Below are positions 57,180-64,000 of a stretch of 64,000 nucleotides of DNA, one piece after another. The position numbers and the translations under genes were made by a program. This stretch comes from Raja brachyura (lineage: Eukaryota). The notes under the pieces were generated by a model. That model was not told where the DNA came from, searched no databases, and saw only the letters and a list, made by a program, of their open reading frames with translations. The DNA is taken from assembly GCA_963514005.1 (NCBI GenBank), contig OY740786.1:21700001-21764000 (forward strand), read 5' to 3'. The first letter of the stretch is position 1, and each line of letters starts with the position of its first letter.

Positions 57180-58169
57180 TCATGAAACAGAACTTAAAAT
57201 TTTCCCTGCAAATGTCTCGGGAGTGGCCACGGGTTTATTATAGAAACGCTGAAAAGTCCGTTCAATGCTCCAACCCGCTGTTGCAAGGATGTGGTTCATT
57301 GGAACTTCCATCATCCTTGCCGCCGATGTGGATGCAGCCCTGGTGGAGTGAGATTTGAAAACATTAGTATCCACCCCCGCTGCACCCAATACCACCCTTA
57401 ACCATCTGGAAATGGTTTGTACTGTGACCTTATAGTGAGGGCGTTTGTGGCTAATAATTAAAGCCCTCTCCATACCCCTGAGACTCAGGTGACCTTTATA
57501 TATCGCAATATACATGTCACGATGCAGAGCCGACAATCTGCAGGATAGGCCAGAAATTCTAATTTTTGGCCAGTGGATCCGGGTCTATCCTGTTTAAGTA
57601 ACCCCTGTGTAAGGAAAGTTATCTTGTCTTTTTTAATGTACATGGCGTCCATACTTAATTTATGTAGGGACTGGACCCGTTGTGCTGTTACAAGAGCCAT
57701 TAACATAACCATTTTATAGGTTAATTTATCCAGTGACAGTCCTGATATAGGTATCCATCCTCGAAGCATTATGCTTAGTCAGCACTATGCTTATGTCCCA
57801 TATATGGGTGTATCTGGGCCTGGGGGGATTGGAATTAAATGTACCCCTCATCAGTTTAGATACCAGTGGGTGTGATCCTACAGCCAGGTGATCACACCCT
57901 CGCCGCAGATAATTGGATAGGGCACTACGGGCACAATTGATGGCACTGCAGCTCAATCCCTCATCAAAATGGAGGGTAGCCTGGAACTCCAGCACTTCAG
58001 TGATGGTGGCTGTGTCGTATGAAGTGTTCGTTCTGGTGCAGAACACTTTCCATTTCTTCACATATGTGAGATATTGTCTTCTGATGGACTCCCTGCACGA
58101 CGCTGTGATGACATTTATCGTCCTGTCGGAGAGTCCGTAGTCCAGAAATGGCCTGTTCAGAATCTGCAA
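57180..58169 (-). pseudogene. DIRS ORF3 tyrosine recombinase, frameshifted in 3 pieces
   Basis: INCARSALS (N-domain), LVTAQRVQSL (catalytic R), FKSHSTRAAS (HxxR), AGWS..TFQRFYNKP (W and catalytic Y). Confidence 0.9.
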
Positions 58170-58183
58170 ACCAACAGGTTAAT

Positions 58184-60166
58184 TCAGTCATGCACGGATG
58201 ACTTTCCCCTGTCACAGGGTGTACCAAAAAGCTTGGACATTTGTTGATCCGAATGCAGGATTCTGCGGCCATATTTTGTACTACTGGGAACCATGTCAGG
58301 AACCATGTAGGCCAGTCGGGAACAACCAGGATACCCGAAGTGGTGTCTTGTTTGATTTTTTGTAAGGCCCAACTGATGAGGCAGAAGGGGGGAAAAAGCT
58401 AGAAAACAATCCCCCCCAATATAGCGAGAAAGCGTCCATCGCTATTGCCTCAGGGTCTGGTTCCCAATCAACATATGTTGGTAGTTGGTGATTTAATCTG
58501 GATGCAAAAAGGTCGATATCTGGTGTCTCATACCATTCTATAATATCGGCAAACACTTTCCGATCCAACATCCACTCGATGTTGTCGTTGAAATTGCGTG
58601 ACCTGGTGTCCACTACTGTATTTAGCTTACCTGGAAGGTAAGTGGCTGAGATCCATATATTCCTTTCCGGACACCAGTGCCAGATATTATTAACCAAATA
58701 ATCACATGATATCGACTTTATTCGACCCATATGCTTAATGTATGCCACCACAGTGGTATTATCAATCTGTAATCGTACATGCAAATGGTGCATGTCTGAG
58801 CAGTAAGCCCGGAGTCTATGAAATGCTCTCAGCATTTCTAGATAATTAATCCCTAGTGCTCCAAACAGGGTTAATTCTTGTGCATTCCATCTGCCACCAC
58901 ATGATGGTATTAGTTGCTCCCCAACCTTTTGCACTGGCATCAGTCTGTAAAGTAACCGTGGGATTCATAATCGCGATGGGGTTAGAACAATGCTGAATAT
59001 TGTCTATCCACCAATTTAACTCTAATTTAGCTTCCCCTGGTAGTTCCATAGGCCTATCAAAATGGCCTGCATGAGTTTTAAGAGCTAATATCTTTGCTCT
59101 TTGTAGATTTCGGTAATGGAGTGGTCCAAATTGTGCTGCTGGAAATGCAGCCACTAGTTTCCCAATCACTCTGACCGAATGGATGGTTTTCTGATGCTAG
59201 TGAGGCTTTTACATGCTTCCGTCAAGTCTGCCACTTTGTTTGGTGGCAAGGTGATAGACATTTGAACAGAATCGATAGTGAACCCCAAATAATCCAAGTA
59301 GTGGAGGGTCTCAATTTTGATTTATCTGGATGAATGATAAATCCCAGCTTTTGAAAAAGATGCTTTGTGGCTGATACTGCCAATGTAGCCTACTCTAAAT
59401 TTTCCTCTACAATGAGAATATCATCAAGGTAGGCCATAACAATATGGTTTTGTTTCCTCAAATGTGCCAAAGCTGTTTTATCAATTTGGTAAACAGCCTA
59501 GGTGCCAATGATAACCCGTTGGGTAAGGCCTTATACTGCCAAAGCTGTCCCATCCAGACAAATTTCAGATATTTCCGATGAACCTTGTGTATTGGTACTG
59601 AATAGTATGCACCTTTTAGGTCGATGCAAGCTATATAGTACCTGTTGGAGATTAGCTGTTTGGCTGAGACAAACATGTCCATTTTGAAATGGGCATACTG
59701 AACTGAAGTATTCAGTTCGGTCAAATATATAATTATGCGGCATCCGCCGTCTTTTTTGTTTTTGGTAAAAATGTTTGATACGAACTCTTGAGATTCTCTT
59801 TTTGTCTTCTCAATTACCCCTTTTGTGGTTAATCTTAAAAGTTCAGCATGGCCTTCTGTCCTTTCTTTTTTGTGAAAGTATAAACTTCCGGCTAGGTGTA
59901 TGCTGAACTGGGATGGGGAGTTCGTAAACAAATTCAATTTTATATCCCTGAATACTTTCCAACATGTAAGGATCAGAGGTAAACGTGCTCCACACATGAC
60001 GAAACAAGTGCAACCGTCCCCTAACCCGTGATGAGCCTAGACATGCTATGTTTACGAGGCAACCAGACCCACCTACCTCCATGGTTACCAGCGGTGCTGT
60101 GTTGGTTGTCTCTGTTGCTTCTTGTTCTGTTGTGTTGCTGCGTTGTGGGGTTGGCGCATTTTCCAA
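58184..60166 (-). pseudogene. DIRS ORF2: reverse transcriptase + RNase H + methyltransferase-like domain, several frameshifts
   Basis: RT: KKDGGCRII, CIDLKGAYYSVPIH, ALPNGLSLAPRLFTK, VMAYLDDILIV (YLDD ~59421-59432). RNase H: LQTDAS, GWG, INYLEM, QIDNTTVVAY. MT-like: PDIDLFASRLNHQLPTY..DAFSLYW..FPP. Confidence 0.9.
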
Positions 60167-61303
60167 GATGGTGGGCCGGCCTTCGAGCTTTCACCACCAG
60201 ATGGTCTTCGTTGTAGCGGTGCCAGATGGTTGCGTAGGGGTGCTGCCACCGCTGATATGGGGTTTTGGAGGTGGTTGGCACCTTTATCATGCCGATTGCC
60301 TTAGCCTCCTCATCCAGGTCTTTAACCTGCTTAGGGAGGTTGTCCCCAAACAGCAATGTAGGCGGCTGTGCACTGCTAGGCCTGTATAATCCCGCAAACA
60401 TGGGATTGAGTGCAGGTTTTATGATGCTCTTCCTGTAGCTGTTGATTTTAAACAGCGTGGTGCACAGAAGTGCTAGAGTGTCTTGCAGCTCTTCAGGCAT
60501 CTCAACCCCATTGACATTTCTGGCTACTGCTGTAATCCCAGCAGCTAGCAGTTTGAGGATTCTTTGGAGTTTCACCTCCTGGCTCCTTATGGTCGGGTTC
60601 ATGTTGCCCCAAATGGGGTTGTTGACAGCAGGTACATTAAGAGAAATACAATTCTCTGGCGCAAGGTATTTTTCTGTCGTATTGTTAATTGCTAGTTCCT
60701 GCAGCTGGTTCGTTGCCATGTAATTAATACTGGCAGCCGGCTTGGGATGCAATGGCAGACCTTTTTGGGTAGGTATAGCAAATTTATTGACCATACCCAA
60801 AAGTTCTTCTTTTGCGGCACCCCTAACACAGGTGAGTCTTCAGCCATGTCCCCTTCTTCAGGGTCAGCCCAGTTCTGACCCCCAATGCTCCCCTGCGAAG
60901 AGGGTGAGACATTTGGCAGTCCTTGATAGGAAACTGCTGTGGGTCTGCGAAGAGACCCACTGTGGCTCTGCCCCTGCATAAGCAGGTCACGCTGGAGCAA
61001 TTGCTCCACCATCCGCTCCATGCGGGAAAGACACCCGCCGTCACTATAGGCGAACGGGATCTCCTCAGGTCCGGACCCAGCCGAGTCTACGGACCTGTCT
61101 GACTTCCGGGTGGTTTTGCCGCCGGACCGCGGCGCACCTGCGGTCTGTTGCGGCGAGAAGTCGGGAGCTGCTGGCAGCACCTGCAGCTCTGGAGACTCGG
61201 CACGCTGCTGGCTGGTTTCCACAGCAGCGATTTTTGCCGCTGTTCTCCTCGATTTCCTGGACTCCATGCTGTTCTTCTTGGCTGTGAAAATACACACACA
61301 CAC
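60021..61303 (-). pseudogene. DIRS ORF1 (gag-like), frameshifted
   Basis: Overlapping ORFs 60692-61303 and 60021-60800; motifs PENCISLNVPAVNNPIW and LLFGDNL, located upstream of RT as expected for DIRS ORF1. Confidence 0.7.
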
Positions 61304-64000
61304 AGTCTTTTCCAGAATGGTAAGTACTTACCTCTGGTTGTCTTTTTGACTTATGCTGGAGGAGCGACGCTTCCTCCCGACTGTCGCTTCCGCAATGTGT
61401 TCGACGATATGTCGCACATGTGTGCTGGCGGGGTCTTCACGTAGTCACTCACGTGACTCCGAAGTAAAATGGCAGAATGGCTTGCTTCTCTGCAAAGTAA
61501 ATCTACAATAGTTTTGAGTATTCAGTTCTGGGGTAAAGGCATCACTGACAATGCACCACTTCCTCCCATTCCCGTCGCTCCTGAACTGAAGGGCTTCTGT
61601 TTCAGAGTGGAAAAGTCAACTGAATCCTTGTGTGTTTCCAGCCAGGTCAGATACGGACTGCTCATTTCCCCTCTCGAAAAGAACATTATTAGTGCATTGG
61701 TTAGGTATTAACATTAGGTGAGGTGACCAAAAGGTCAGGTCAAAGGGCTAACTGTTAATTAGCACCTTCTCGGAGAACTGAGAGGTTGAAATGCGGTGAC
61801 AAAAATGTAAAGTTTTTTTTGTTTGTTTTACATCAATATTTGCATTAAATAATAATTCTGACAAAATCTATTGGAGCATATCAACCTTATACCTCACAGT
61901 CTCACAATACAACTTTATTGAACAAAGGGCCAGCCTTCAAATAAAAAGAGTCAGGTTCCTAGACACTGCTCGAAATTGCAGCAAGCTGCAGCGAGGAATG
62001 TGATATTTCAGAAGACTCCATGGGGAAACAAAAATCGAAAGCATAATTTCTCCCTCTTCCATTTAGACCAACCCCACATCTTTCAGAACAAGATGCATGT
62101 AAGTTGAATATTTCGGCGGAGGGAAGCAGGGAGGGGATACCGGAGATTAATGTATTTGTTCCATGGTTGACTGTTAGAATGAGGCTTTTGTGCAGTTCAC
62201 CATCTGGTTTTGATTTAGTGCTATATGACACCAATTAATTAGCATTCATCACAAAGACGAGGCTCAGTTCGGGTGATTCAATAAACCACAGGTCCTACAT
62301 TCCTTCAGAATTTTAAGAATCCCAACATAATGGCTGTTGTTTTGGTCAGCATCAGATCATGATGAGCCATCAGCAGCAGTAATGTATCCCCTTCCCTCCA
62401 CTCCACACCCCACCAACAACTCCCTCCCTTCCCAGCCCTCAACCTGCTCTAACTTCACTTCTGCACCTAATCCCACAGTCTCCACACTCTCACCACCTCA
62501 ACATGACCTAACCCCCTGAACACACCTCTTGTTCCCTCACTCTGCTGCTATCTCAACGTATCCCCTCTCAGAGTGCCCTTTCTCTTTGAATCTCCCTCTC
62601 CCTGCCATATCCCACCCTATCCCTCTGGTTGACATTGGGATCCTCCTGGCTCTGATGAGAATGCAGAGCTCTCCTCATTGCTTTAGTCAACATTCCCAAC
62701 AAAACAATACAACCCATCAAAATAGATGAGTTGGCTATGCATCTCCTTGGCTGTTGCTGGGCTCTTTCTTTGCACCATAATCTGCCTCATTTGCCAAATA
62801 AGCACCGCTTACTCTTCCACAATCATGTACTGTGCGTGCATGGCTTTGGCACGCTCTGCTCAGCCAATACAACAGAAACCCTGTCCATGCAACCACCTCC
62901 CTCATTATCGTTTGATGTCAGAAGCATAGTAAAGATGAATCAACTAAATTGCTCCTCTCACTCAGCTCTATCGCTTGATGGAAGGAGCTAAACAAACATA
63001 ATGCGTTTCCCTGAGTAACACCCCCAGACCTCACATACACTCCTCCATGTTCCACCCATCATCTACTGGCCCCGGTCTCACCCTCACCCTCCACCCTCTC
63101 CTCCTTATCCCTCTCCACTCTCAGTCCTGATGCAGGGTCTCAACCCGAGATGATTCTCTCTCAGATTTTGTTCAACCCGCTGAGTTTCTACAGAGCTAGT
63201 TTTTTTGCCCACACTCATCTCTTGGATTACCTTGCGATCACTGACCTTGTCATGATACCTGACTGGACATTGGAATAGGAAAAGGCCACTTCATCCCTTT
63301 GGATCTGCTCTACCATTGACTGAAATTCAGAATGGTCTGTATATGAACTCAATCTCCCACCTTGCCCTGTAATCTTTAATCCCACTACACTATGTAAAAC
63401 CAACAATTCCTGTCATGACATTCTCTATTAATCCCCACGCTCGTCAAATTTTTGAGGGAGGAAGTTCCAGATTCTCACTACCCCTTGTGTGAGCTAGAGC
63501 TTGCTGACATCACCCCTGAAAGTCTGGCTCTAGTTTTAAGCTTCTGTCTGTATGTTCTGGGCCCACAACCCACACCATAAACAGTTTCACTCGTTCAACC
63601 CAAGCAAATCTTTCAATCCCCCTTTAATCTTTTACACTCAAGGGAACACAAGCCCAATGTGCACACGTGGACTTAATTGATTAACTCTGTAAACCCTGGG
63701 GACTGTAGGGGAATAAAGTGGATTGAAACTCTGAGCCCTGCGTGACAGAAATATTCCGGTCACTGAGATTGCTGGCTTACAGCCACTGTTCACCACTGTT
63801 CACTCACAGCAATCATCGGCAACAACAACAAAAACTGCTCTCAGCAGGTCTTCACACAGATTTCAGTTTTGTGTGCATGATAAAAAAATAGTGAGACAAT
63901 CTCACTTTAGTTTCCCAATAGAAAACAAACAAAAAGAACTTTGAATGGTCAATTGGCGGAGCTGAAGATGTAATGCCTCTTTATATGTTAGTCAAGGGAA

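Larger units (their letters stand above)
54275..61470 (-). mobile_element. DIRS1-like tyrosine-recombinase retrotransposon, full length (~4.8 kb without the nested LINE), ORFs disrupted
   Basis: Order gag-like, RT, RNase H, MT-like, YR. Short ITRs at 54349-54383 and 61409-61443 (30/35 match). ICR halves: 54498-54564 is the reverse complement of terminus 54288-54354 (67/67) and 56992-57028 is the reverse complement of 61434-61470 (37/37). AAT trinucleotide at both ends and no classical TSD. Confidence 0.93.

Noticed and set aside
61471-64000. Search for RASA3 exon 2 (EAKNL...VNLDQEEVFRT)
   Set aside because: Not found; the region holds only decayed repeats, so exons 1-2 presumably lie outside the window.

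Overview
Vertebrate genomic DNA, most likely a cartilaginous fish (skate, ray or shark), inferred from its HE1/V-SINE, CR1 and Penelope repeat content. The window lies inside one minus-strand gene, RASA3 (GAP1-family RasGAP). I traced 19 consecutive GT-AG exons (human-equivalent exons ~3-21, 1965 nt, frame consistent) encoding C2A(part)-C2B-RasGAP-PH-Btk. The first exons lie beyond base 64000 and the last beyond base 1. The introns are dense with transposons: (i) a full-length DIRS1-type tyrosine-recombinase retrotransposon (54275-61470) with ITRs, a perfectly matching internal complementary region (ICR) and AAT junctions, whose ICR is split by a young CR1 LINE with a 763-codon open frame; (ii) a full-length IR/DR Tc1 transposon; (iii) a 2.8-kb non-autonomous DNA element with CAGGGCT ends, a 5-bp TSD and a G-rich minisatellite; (iv) a Harbinger-type MITE; (v) about 15 Penelope pLTR fragments carrying minimal hammerhead-ribozyme motifs, many as fold-back pairs; and (vi) many SINE/LINE relics. 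Most ORFs in the supplied track are spurious. Repeat family names come from recognising the sequence, not from a database search, and many repeat boundaries are approximate.
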